Of a stretch of DNA of 64,000 nt, positions 42,201 through 54,171 are shown piece by piece. A model generated the notes under the pieces. That model made no database searches, was not told the DNA's origin, and saw only the letters and a list, made by a program, of their open reading frames with translations. The stretch spans positions 51,710,001 through 51,774,000 of the forward strand of contig CM097885.1 of assembly GCA_044892525.1 (NCBI GenBank), in the 5' to 3' direction. The stretch comes from Schmidtea polychroa. Taxonomy: Eukaryota. Numbering within the stretch: position 1 is the first letter of the stretch; the number at the start of each line of letters is the position of its first letter. A program made the position numbers and the translations under genes.

Positions 42201-43140
42201 CATTACAATACCAATCTTTACATATTGATATATTTGGGAGGAAATGAGAAATTGGAGAATTCACTAGGATATACCAATTATTGTCATTTAAATAAATTTA
42301 CTGGTTTATTAGATGTTATCATTAGTTATCAGTCTCTTTTGGAATTTTATGATAATTATTTTTATTGTAGATTGCTGACTTTGATAATTGTAATGAATTT
42401 ATACTGATTTTTTTTGAATATATTGAGAAATCAGTCAATCAATTTGAGTACATGTATTACTTTTAAAAAAATACTTAAAATTAATTTTATTTCAATTAAT
42501 TTATTCAATCTAAATCAATTATCTACTAGATCTTATCTTATTAATTTATTATCTTAGTTGATTCAACTTGAATGATCAATATTTTTTTTTATTTACTTGA
42601 GGACTAGAATTTTTTCCTGTCCATTAATTAAATTTTTATGATATTTATTTCGAATATTTTAAATTTTTACAATAATTTAATCAATTTTTACCTAGTTATT
42701 GATGCCTTGAGTTCAATTAATTTTCCATCTAATTTTTCAAGTGATGAGTATTTTTCTTTTAAAGATCAATTTGTTAGTACATAGTTGTTGGTTCTAGGTA
42801 GTTGGTTGTTAGTACTTGGTACTTGGTAGTTGGTATCTGATTGACTTTTTAGATTTTGATAAGAAGATATTGTATGTGATGAAGAATATTTTGTATTTAA
42901 TTGCTATTATTTTTATGTGTGGTTAGTTGATTGTTGGTACTTGGTATCTTGTTGTAAGTACTTGGTAGTAGGTATCTGGTTGTAAGTATCTAGTTGTAGG
43001 TTGATATTTGTTAATTTCTCGATGGGTTTTGATGGTGGTTGTTAGTACATGGTTGTAAGTGTTTAGTATTTAGTTGTTTGAAACCTAGTGGTTAGTACAT
43101 GGTAGCTAATTAATGAGTAGGTGGGATTGAGAGTGATCAA

Positions 43141-43252
43141 TACCCCTACGACTAGTACCTTTACGACCAGTACCCTTACGACTAATACCCTTACGACCAG
43201 TACCCTTACGACCAGTACCCTTACGACCAGTACCCTTACGACCTGTACCCTT
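43141..43252 (+). repeat. 15-bp tandem repeat TACCCTTACGACCAG, 7 full copies plus a partial
   Basis: Direct reading; two copies each also at 30101-30130 and, inverted, at 39960-39989. Confidence 0.9.
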
Positions 43253-44163
43253 AGGGGGTCAAAACATCCTGTCGGATAAACTCAGAGTATATATAATAAA
43301 ACTGATCAACAATAAGTATTTATTGAATGCGATTTTTACATTGCAATAATAAGTTATCAATTAAAAGAAGAATGTTTTGTAAATTAGAATTCATTAGTCT
43401 TTCATTGTAATTTAAATTATTTTGAATTTCACGTGGTGTTTTAAAGTGGTTGAGTTGTGGTTTTTTGATGAAAATCAACATTTTTTGTTAAATTTGAAAA
43501 GGTTTTTCTACTGATTGTAATTAAATATATTTTTGAAGATAGATAAAAAATTAATTACAAAAGCATAATTTACTTTAATTTCAATTTTTAGAACCATAAT
43601 TTACTTTAATTCAATTTTTAGGACCATAATTTACTTTAATTTAATTTTTTGGACCATAATTTACTGTAATTCAAAAATTTGAACCATAATTTACTATAAT
43701 TTAATTTTTAGAACCATAATTTACTTTAATTTTAAAATTTGGACCATTATTTACTTTAATTGAAAAATTTACCACGTTTTTTAGTGTAGACCACCTATTT
43801 CTCAGGACCAAGGAGACTCACCTCACTATAGTCTGAAAAATCCTTGGCTTTTTTAGTGTAGACCAGCTTTTTGTATTGAAAATATCCTGAGACCTTAAAT
43901 TACCATGCTTTTTTAGTGTAGACCAGCTTTTTGTATTGAAAATATCCTGAGACCTTAAATTACCATGCTTTTTTAGAATAGACCAGCTTTTTGTATTGAA
44001 AATCCCAGGACCATCGAGACCCTCTCACTATAGTGTGGAACAATTGCGTAATAAAAAGTTGCAATAAAAAAAAATCGTGCAATAAAAAAAATCGTGCAAC
44101 AACCCCCCCCCCCCCCCGCGGGGGGGGGGTTTAATTGTTGCAGCGGGCTTTTCACTACCAACT

Positions 44164-44802
44164 TAGGATAGTGTCAACTTCATGGAAAGTACGCAATATG
44201 TTTATTAATAAGTCAAAGACTCCGGTTGAATTGTGTTCCGATCTCGTTTATCAGTTTACATGTAATGGGTGTAATGCCACATACATTGGAGAGACTTCCC
44301 GTCATCTCTGTATTCGAGCTCGAGAACATTGTAGACCGAAGTCTTTGACCCATATTGGTGAGCACAATAAGGGCTGTAAGATTAAAATAGGTATGTCTGA
44401 TTTTAAAATTTTATTAAAAAACTTCGATAATTATTGGGAACGTGTGATTTGTGAGGCGTTGTTGATAAAATCATTGAATCCGAAAATTAATGTGCAGAAT
44501 GCTGTAAATACTTGTGTGTTGAGTGTTTTTAAATAAGCTTTTGTGTATTGTATGTATTGATTGTTGTGTTAAATTAAATTAAATAATTGATAAAAAAATT
44601 TTAAATTTTTAAATTATTAAATAAAATTTTAAATGTTAAAGTTTTTAAAAAATAATATTTTTATAAAATAAAAAATTTTTATAATAATTAAATTTATTTA
44701 AAATCCTTTATTTAATGAGTTTTATATCCCACCTGATGATGACAGGAAAACTGTCGAAATTAATCGTGAAAAAAATGTTTGATTGGCGTTATCTTATAAT
44801 TA
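44164..44802 (+). pseudogene. Penelope-like GIY-YIG endonuclease (stop at 44536) and 3' UTR, continuing 35461-36472
   Basis: LVYQFTCNGCNATYIGETSRHLCIRAREH...ERVICEALLIKSLNPKINVQ. Confidence 0.92.
44730..44768 (+). ncRNA. Minimal hammerhead ribozyme (family A)
   Basis: CAC-CTGATGA-T-GACAG-GAAAA-CTGTC-GAAA-TTAATC-GTG; palindromic ATTAAT stem III; predicted cleavage after AUC (44765). Confidence 0.85.
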
Positions 44803-44848
44803 AATCATTGCCATGTATGTTTAACTATTTATTCAATAATAATAATAT

Positions 44849-45191
44849 TAAAACAATAGAATGATAATTTAAGCCTTTTGCTGCAAATAATGTATTTAAT
44901 GAAAGAATTTTCGACTATACGATAGTCCTTGTCAATCTCCTGGAATTTAGCATAGTTCTTCCCCAAAATACCTTTCAATCTTTCTTTTATTTCCTTTCTC
45001 TTAATTCTCATTGGTTGTAAATATATTGAATTGTTTTACTAAAAACTTTTAAAATTTTTATTTTTACATTTAAAATTTCAAAATGACACAAACTAAAAAT
45101 TTTTAAATTTTTTACAGCTTCTATAATTAGCTTCTAAATTATCATTCTATTGTTTTAAATAATAAATGCTGCTACCAAGCAATCATCATTT
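44849..45191 (-). mobile_element. Penelope-like family B terminal fragment, head-to-head inverted
   Basis: Reverse complement of 18790-19069, plus an inverted segment at 45136-45191; AAT flanks. Confidence 0.65.
44901..44939 (-). ncRNA. Minimal hammerhead, U3:A8 variant (family B)
   Basis: Identical to 18979-19017 on the minus strand. Confidence 0.75.
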
Positions 45192-46644
45192 AATAATAAT
45201 ATTAATAATAATAATGATAATAAACATAAAATAAAATATAATAAAATTGGATTTCCATATTATGATTAGTGTATTAGTTAAATTAATTTCACAAATATAA
45301 TACTAATTATTATACTTTTTAATATTTCTGGATAAATCCTCACACTAAACCACATGATAATTTATTTAATTAATTTCAAATCTAATGCACCTCTGTGAAA
45401 TCAATAAGTCTAGTATAAGAAGATTAAATAATTAATTAATCGATTTTTAATATAAAAGAATTAATTTTCTAAATTTGAAAATTTTAATATTTTCAAAACT
45501 TTGAATATTTTTTCTTATATAATTTAAATACTAATTAATATCGTAATTATAAAATGTAAAATAAATCAATATTAGTAGTCAAAGAAATTAGTAAATTTAT
45601 ATATTTTTATAAAAAATATTTTTAAAAAAATGGTAAATGTTACCAAATGTTTTAATTTACATCTTGCTTAATTTTTGTTTAGATTTATCAACAAATAGTA
45701 AAATTATTATTTTAAATCGAATGGTATTTCTGTGTGAAAACTAATCATTTCTATAATATAATTTTTCTTTAAATTGTTAAATTTTGTATTACATCGTTTG
45801 ATGTTACATTTAAAAATGTTTTAACAAATGTTTGATATTTTGAAAATAACATTTACCTAAAGATTTATATATACATATTCAATGATGATTTTTTTACTGA
45901 GAATATATTTTTTTGCTTTAATGTAATTTCGAATGATGACACAAAAAAATTTATAATTATATCCATCTTAAATTAACTTTCTCAGGAATTTGTAATTTTT
46001 ATGAATAGGTCAACCCGAACTTTCATTTAATTCAAAATATTTGAAATAATCAACAAGCTGGACTTTTTTAACAAAATCATAAACTTAAACTTCGCGTATT
46101 TTTTAGATGACTGAAAATCTGACATTTCCCACTTTTCGTAATTTTTTTAAAAATAATAAATATTTTTATTCAACAATTATCATCTAAATCAGCGGTTAAA
46201 TGTTAAATAAGTTAATGAAATAAATTTAAAGAAACAATTATTTACGTTCCAGATATGGTCAATTATTTCATTATTAACAATAAATGAGAATTGCAAAGAT
46301 TTCTTTTGTTTGTTACTTCACAAATAATTCACAAATATTACATTACAGTTATTTATGTAACTTAATATCATTTTAAAATATTATTTCATTGGTCATAATA
46401 TGTTTATTATTTCTCCCAATGTCAAAAATGTCAACGTTATATATATAAATATGTAATGTCTGAAAGGTTAAAATAATTTACCAGAATGTAATATTACGTT
46501 AGGTGAAAAGATAGATCCGTTAAGTGTTCACTTTAACAACGTGTATTGGTCTTTTAACTTTGATTTTGAAGGTTCACAAATTATGTTTATAAGTGAATTT
46601 AAATAAATTTAAATTTCAAAAATATTTTAACAGTTTAAATTAAC

Positions 46645-46992
46645 CTGAAATAACTGATAACCAATATCATTATTTTCTTTAATTCCAACTTGATACTGTG
46701 TACTAGGAAAGACAGGGGCATTGTCATTAATATCATGGACATATAAAGGAATGGAAATATTGGTATAAAGTTGACGTTTAAGTCCAGAATCATAGCAAAT
46801 AAAATTGGTATAAATAATCCCATCTGGTATTGTTTCTCGATCAAGAGAATAAACTGTATAAAGTTTGTATATTAATAAAATATCAGTGCTCATTTGGTCT
46901 TTCTCCAATCTTAATGCTTGGGTTTCGTGATTGGTTTCTGTACATTTAATTCCTTGGTTAATCGAAACGGAATCACGATCAAAAATTGTTAT
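46645..46992 (-). CDS. Protocadherin-like exon (ITIFDRD...SLDRE...DINDNAPVF...ENNDIGYQLFQ)
   Basis: tttag acceptor, gttaat donor; 348 nt, phase 0-0; cadherin motifs. Confidence 0.92.
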
Positions 46993-48008
46993 CTAAAATT
47001 ATTTTAAATTAAATTAAATTAAATTAAATTAAATTATATTAAATTAAAAATCTTTTCTTGAAGATTTTTAAATAAACATTTTGAAATCAACGAAAACCTA
47101 TTAAACATGGGAAACTTTGTTTTCTAACAATACACTTAATATTATTTCCTGTTTTATTTGAATTAAATTATATAATATAATTTATTTTATTTACAAAATT
47201 AGCTTTATTATTTTTTTAATATTTCCGATTCATTTATAATTTGTTTTAATAAATGTAAAATCTAATTTTGAGTAATTAAGTTGTTCATGAAAAATATTTT
47301 ATTGATAAAATAAAATTTAACAGATTTTGTTTAAATACTCAAAAAAATACTTAATATATTATACTTTGCTTGAGTGATTGTATCTCAAAAATGGTAATTA
47401 ACTTCGATACAACATCAATAGTGAGAAATTTATCTTTGATGTAATCTATAGTTTCATTTGTTGCATGAAAGTCTTTGAGAAAACCTGAAAAAAATCTCAG
47501 CAAAATTCGTGAACTTTCATCGAATTTATTTATAAAGAAATATCTTAATTAAAATCTCACTTATTGTTTGAATATTCAGAGAGCAACTAGTTATTATATA
47601 CTCAATTATGTTGACTGAATCTTTGTTTCTTTCAAATATATTTTTAAATGAAAAATATTGTTTTACAAAAATTTAATAATATTTTTTATAATAAATTCTA
47701 TTATTAAACATAAAATTAATTAATTTTTTTTAATTCGTAAATATTCTTAATAAATTATGAATCTGTGTCTATAAGGATTAAAAGGAAAATAATAAGTAAG
47801 TTGAATATTTATATAGAATAATTATTTGTTGATGCTACATTCATATTAACAATTTTGCGATTCTGTTATTTATTAACTTGTGTTAGTTCTCTTTCACCAA
47901 ATTTGACCAAATACTAAAGGGGGCTCTATATAGATAATCCAAGTTAAATTCTGAAATAATATATTGCGATTTTTGTAACTGTTGTTCAGCTACATGTTGG
48001 TCTATATA

Positions 48009-49000
48009 CGGGGCCGGCCCAAGAGCATGCGGACGAGGAGCGATACCCATGGAACAATTTGCATTTCTACATATATTAAAATAATGGTAAATAAAAAATT
48101 AAATAACTTAAATTATTACTCTATAACAGCGCTGAAACATCAATAATCATAAAACTGATGATCATAAAACTCAAAAAAAATAATAATTAAAATGTTTTGT
48201 TTTAGTATGCTGATTGATAGTTTATATATAACTCTACATTATAAACAATATACACTATAGCGTTGGTTTGGTTGTATCTTCTACTTCCACCTTGTTTTTT
48301 ACAACTTACAAGCAAATCTTGCTAGCTTTGGCGGCTGCAAAAATACGCATTTTAGCATGTTACTAACGAACATCTGTATTAAAAATAAAATCACCATATT
48401 CGCTTTCCAAAAAATCTACAAATTGTCTGTGATTAAGTGATTGAGCTTTGACAAAATTTATCATTTTAAACACAGGTTGAATAACATTAGACATTTATAT
48501 TAATTTTTCATTTAAATTGTCTTGATGAAGAATACAATGATTGACATTTATTTCTCTTTCGGTTTTAGATTTTACTTCAGTAAACAATCTTCCAGTCATA
48601 ATTTTAGGTATAACTATACTAATTAACTATAATAAAATATTATTTCGTTTAATACTCAATTTACGTTAAAAGAAATCAAAGCAAAAGTTCCCCAGGATAG
48701 TTCCTCTGAAGGGTATTCAATTTAAATCTCATCAATAAATATGTGCCTACAGAATCTCTGGATAACTATGAAGTTATGCCGCCATTTAAAGTGATTATTT
48801 ACAAGATCACGAAGATGAATTCATAAAATTGTAAGAGTACTTACAGTTAGAGGAGGATTAATTTCGATGATGCCAACCATGTCAATTAATGGCAAAGAAT
48901 CGCACATTCAACTCCTTAGTGAGCTATGAATTCATTTAAGAAGGGTTTTCCATATGTAAAATGCATGTCTAATTTTTGATAATAATTGAATTCAGAAAAG
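48009..49000 (-). mobile_element. Decayed hAT transposon remnant(s)
   Basis: Minus strand reads HCILHQ...INFVKAQSLNHRQ..FLESEYGD..TDVR** (Buster/SPIN-like) and IFAAAKASKICL*; C.GGGCCGGCCC TIR-like end at 48009; right boundary approximate. Confidence 0.6.
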
Positions 49001-51426
49001 AGTTAATATTAAAAGAATAACAATAGCATTTGGATACAGTTTTCAAAGTTTCTTTCTTCATATTCATATATTAAGAATGAATTCTCAAAAATAAAAGATC
49101 CATATTAAGGTTAGGCATCAGATATTGTTATATATACTAGATATATCCTAAAATATTTCCAAATTGTACTGTAAACTTGGCATAAACTAATCTCTAAATG
49201 CTTGTTAACCTTTTTTTGAAATATATTTTCAAATCTCTTTTCAATTAGATTTTCATTAATATTCAACTTCTTTGGCAAAATGTTGAAATTGGCCGAAAAA
49301 TGGTATATAAATTATAAATTTACTAATTTTATGGTTATTAAAATTATTTTAGTTAACTATTACAATTATAATTAGTATAAATATTAATAAAAAATTTCTA
49401 TAATAAATAATTTGATTAAATATTTAATTATAAATTTAAAAATTTCAATATCTTTCTTTAAAAAAAAAGTTTGTTATAATTATTAATATATTGAGTAATA
49501 AATTAACACAGAACTCAATGAATACATCAAAAACAAAACCAGTAATTATCATTGGGAAAAGTATGAATGATGAAAGAAAATAGCATATATTGTAGGACGA
49601 GTTAAGACTACCCTTTTACAAAGACTTGCATCCAAAACGTTTCTAATCAAAACCAACTTCCTTCCATCAATATTCAACTCTATTAAGAACCAGAATTACT
49701 TTCTTTTCCTTTTGCTTTACTTTCTTTTAAAAGAATTTTATAAAATAGAAAATTAATTAATTAATTAAAAATATACAAATAATATATGTTATCTAATAGA
49801 AATACGTCTATTATAAAATAAAAAGTAAAATTAAGCAAGCATTAAGCAAATGATTGGTTGGGAAATTAAATAATACTTTATAAAGGCAAATCCAAATATT
49901 TGTGTTGAGTATAATAATAAAACAATATTTAATTTTTTGTCAAAATAAAAATTAATTAATTAAAACTTTATAAATTTTTAATTGATCCAATTAAAGTCCA
50001 ATAAATTATCTTTCCATCATTAAATAATCTTTTCAAACCCTTGTGTGCAAAAAACATTATATCGATAACAGTAAATTTTTATTCTTTCTGTTATTTTTGT
50101 CTTCCAACAAACTTCAATTCTTAATGAACTGATATATTTTTATGATTTATTTTAAATTTCGTGTATGCTAAGTTTGGTAAATAAATGTATTGTCTAGACT
50201 GATAATTTTGTTTTAAATGTTGGTAATAAAATGGGAAATACCCCGTACATAATGAATTATTTTATTTCTTAATTAATTAAAATTAATTACATTAATCAAA
50301 TTTTAAGAACATTTTCATAAAAATGAATAGTTTGTATAAATTAATATTTAATATTTTTAAACTTTTCATTTTTTTACAGTTTTTGTTTTATTCGGAACAT
50401 TTATATCGCATAACAAATTACTACAACATTTGACAGTTTGCAAATCTAATTATTAAAATTAAATTTATTATCATTTATATACTCAGAATTTTTCTATACA
50501 TTTTTATTTGCTTGGATGAATTTTTATGCTTCGACAGAAAAATTTAAAAATTTATACGGATTTCATAATTTGTGGAATTTGTCATTATATCAGTTGATAT
50601 TGAAGGGTAAATAATTATTAAACAATTATTAAACAATTATTAAAAGATTATTAATAAAATTATTAATGGAATTTGTGTGATATTATTTGGTTTTAATCAT
50701 GCTTTTTTTATTTTGTATATTTTATGATTCTCACTTCATCTCTATGAAACTTTTTCAAGTTAAATATCCAATTAATTAATTATGTATTTTTTCATTTAAA
50801 TTAAAAATAATTATTTATTAAATATTATTTATTGTGCATTGAAAAGATGTGACTTTTGTATATGTTTATATATGTCCTTATGCAACCCAAACACCTTGAA
50901 CCCAAATATAAATTTTGTAGAAATAATAAATAAATAATGCATTTGTTAGGTAAAAATATATTAATTATTTTTTTAATTTCTATAAAACTTCATTTATAAT
51001 TAAAATAAAAAAATTAAAATTTCAGTGAATCTCAAAAATTCTATTTGAATGGAATATATAACGTATATAATTCATTCACGTTTAATTTTCGGATTTTCTG
51101 AAGTATAATTTGTTTGTTTTAATTTGAGTGCGTCATAAAATCACAACAATGGGACAATTGAATGAGTGACTGATGAGCTATTTCAATAGCCATTAAATTA
51201 TGCTTTGCCGATAGACATTTACATAAGTTTAAAATTTAAATGATTTTTTGTGAAATTCATAAATATTTTATTTATTAATTTTATTTTCATAAATTACATG
51301 TTAAATTAATAAAAAGTCCAGTCAACTCGACACGCATGATTTATCTACATTAATTTTCTGAAAACATTATTCCATTTTACAAAATCTTTTTATAAAAAAA
51401 GACACAATTATCAAACCTCTTGTAAT

Positions 51427-51621
<195 letters not shown>

Positions 51622-52340
51622 CAAAACAAGAATGAGTAGAGACGAAAAATAAAAGAATAATTGGAAAACTTTCTGCAAAACAGCTGGCACTTTTCGGAAT
51701 TGAAGATAATTAGTCATTTGATACTAAATCTATCATTTTTGTTTGGTACCATATTATTTTTCATAAAATCTCAATTTAATTTTATTTTGTTTTACTTTAT
51801 TGACTTTTTTCAAGTTTCAAAGATTTTTAAAATGCTCAAAGTAATCATATATTGGTGATATGTGATAAATCCATATGAATATTAATTGACAAAATATCTT
51901 TATTATTAAATCTTTTATTTCCTAATTTGGTAACTAGTTTATACTAAAAATTATTAATTGAGTTAATATAATGTATTTTATTGCTCTAGACGAGAGCAAA
52001 ATACTTTTATTTTACCGATATATTTTATGATTTTCATTGAAAATTTTCTTTTAGATATAAAAACGAATTTATCAAATTTAGCAACTGAAAAGATTATTTT
52101 TTAACAATTAACTGCCTATTTTCATAATATTTATTCATCCGAAATACTAAAATTTAATAACAAAATGTTAAATGTCAAAATATTAATCTCACTTAACCGT
52201 TGGAAAGTCTAGCTGGTAATTTTATTTGATCTGTTAAATTCTGATAAGTGTAAATTTTATTTGTATTTAAAATTATTGAAAATTTGACATAACAAGAGCA
52301 AAATCGTTATAAATGATTTAGCGGCGACCATTTTATATTA

Positions 52341-53112
52341 CTCCCTCCATCCTGGAATATGGTATACATTTGAGCGATTTTTGTTGTCCGGAAATATGGT
52401 ATACATTTGCGAAAAAATAAAATAAATCAAAAAATGTACATGACAAGTTTATTATATTACCTTTATTTGAAACATTTTAATAAATATTAATGTAAATATT
52501 AAATAAAATTTAAAAAAATAAATATTAATATTAATAAGTTCACTCGAAATTTGATTTGGCTTTATTGTATGCTTCTTTAGAACATACATATTTTTCTAGC
52601 AGTCGACCTTCGCGACGAAGTTTTCCTTTACTTAAATGAGGTATTTTATAGCCATTTCCTCCATCTGCTAACATAATTGACTCCATACATGCTTGCAATG
52701 TTGTAAAAACGTTATCGAGAGTATTCGCTTCTAATTGATGAAATGCATCTTGAACACAATTTATTAATTCGTCAATTGTGTGTGGCGAAGCTTCATGTTG
52801 CAGCGATTGTATGGAGTTGAAAAAACCTAGTTAACTGTTTATATTTTGAATCTCCTTTCTAAATTTAACAAATTTCCTTCCACATTTTCCATATTCGTCT
52901 TGCAGCGGTACTAATTTTATCTACCTCAAGAAACACTGATGTTTGAGCGGTAAGTTTTTAACTAAGAATGATATTACTTAAGTCATTATTTTAGGTTATA
53001 TTGTCATGAATATTTACTATGACAATGTCATGACAGTTGCCTATTTATTTTTATATTCACGATAATCTACGATTTTTGTTGAAATGTATACCATATTACC
53101 GGACGGAGGGAG
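52341..53112 (-). mobile_element. Internally deleted Tc1/mariner element of plant-type DD39D family (Stowaway-like TIRs)
   Basis: TA TSD; 31-bp TIR CTCCCTCCRTCC.G.AATATGGTATACATTT (28/31); transposase C-terminus at 52830-52540 (LGFFNSIQSLQ..TIDELI..TLQACM..GGNGYKIPH) and KCGRK N-terminal motif. Confidence 0.85.
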
Positions 53113-53268
53113 TATTTATTATCAGTAATACATCAAGATAATATTGAAGATGCCATTTAATCAAAATTGTTTTTAACATCCTGTTTAATGTGGTCAATTC
53201 ATCAAAACTTTTATTCTTTGTTTAAATTACCTTCATCGGTATCATCATCTTGTTGTTAATATTATTAA

Positions 53269-53315
<47 letters not shown>

Positions 53316-53323
<8 letters not shown>

Positions 53324-53585
53324 TAAAACAATAAAATGATAATTTAAGCCTTTTGCTGCAAATAATGTATTTAATGAAAGAATTTTCGACTATACGATAG
53401 TCCTTGTCAATCTCCTCTTCCGTATTTCCAAGTATTTTGCCCGGCTCAGGCCTTTTGAAAGTATAAAATGATGATTGCTTGGTAGCAGCATTTATTATTT
53501 AAAACAATAAAATGATAATTTAAGCCTTTTGCTTCAAATAATGTATTTAATGAAAGAATTTTCGACTATACGATAGTCCTTGTCA

Positions 53586-53587
<2 letters not shown>
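53316..53587 (-). mobile_element. Penelope-like family B tandem (176-nt period) within (ATT)n
   Basis: Two hammerhead-containing copies at 53376-53414 and 53552-53587, with microsatellite on both sides. Confidence 0.7.
53376..53414 (-). ncRNA. Minimal hammerhead, U3:A8 variant (family B)
   Basis: Identical to 18979-19017. The partner at 53552-53587 lacks most of the 5' stem I strand. Confidence 0.75.
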
Positions 53588-53621
<34 letters not shown>

Positions 53622-53740
53622 GCACTGATCTACATTTTTCATCATAATTTTATACATAATAAGATATTGTCTCCGTCAGATCAAGTGCAAATACACTTAC
53701 ATTTAAAGATTTTAATCATAAAGCTAAATAATATAAAAGA

Positions 53741-53850
53741 TTGACTATGAATCAGTACATATATCAAATACTGATTCATAGTCATGCTTTTTAATAAAAC
53801 AATGGAAAAGAAATCAGTGGTGAAATTTGAAAATAAAAGTTCTTATAATA
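53741..53850. mobile_element. Penelope-like family C fragment with fold-back
   Basis: GACTATGAATCAGTA...TACTGATTCATAGTC palindrome, followed by homology to 55690-55755. Confidence 0.5.
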
Positions 53851-54171
53851 ATATAAAAGATGTTAATACGCTGTTATTGATATGGTTTTACTATTTCCTT
53901 CATATAATGAATATTTAAAATGACAGACTTTTCAATTTCTTCTTCACTTTCTTTTTTAAGTAATAAAAGATGGGAATGTTTCATTGAAGAATGAAATTTT
54001 CAATCACCGAATTTCGCCTTAAATAGACATAAAATAATTCGTAATGGGTAAAATGTTGCATAACGTTCAGAAAACGTCATATATTTATTGAACATTTTGT
54101 GGACATTTCAAAATCTAAAAGAAAAAAAAACAAAGCATATACTACAATGAAAAGATAACGTGCATTTTTAA

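Larger units (their letters stand above)
36473..44163. mobile_element. 7.7-kb non-autonomous element with Polinton/Maverick-type ends
   Basis: TSD TAGGAT (36467-36472, 44164-44169); AGT...ACT termini; TIRs of about 600 bp; empty site visible in the inverted PLE arm; no credible ORF. Confidence 0.72.

Noticed and set aside
43973..44161. ORF with PPPAGGGGG, and the MLQRAFHYQ start of ORF 44135
   Set aside because: Both are readings of the right TIR; the true PLE frame continues from 36472.
51170..51195. CTGATGA plus GCTAT/ATAGC stem resembling a hammerhead
   Set aside because: The essential GAAA is replaced by CATT, and no stem III or cleavage triplet follows.
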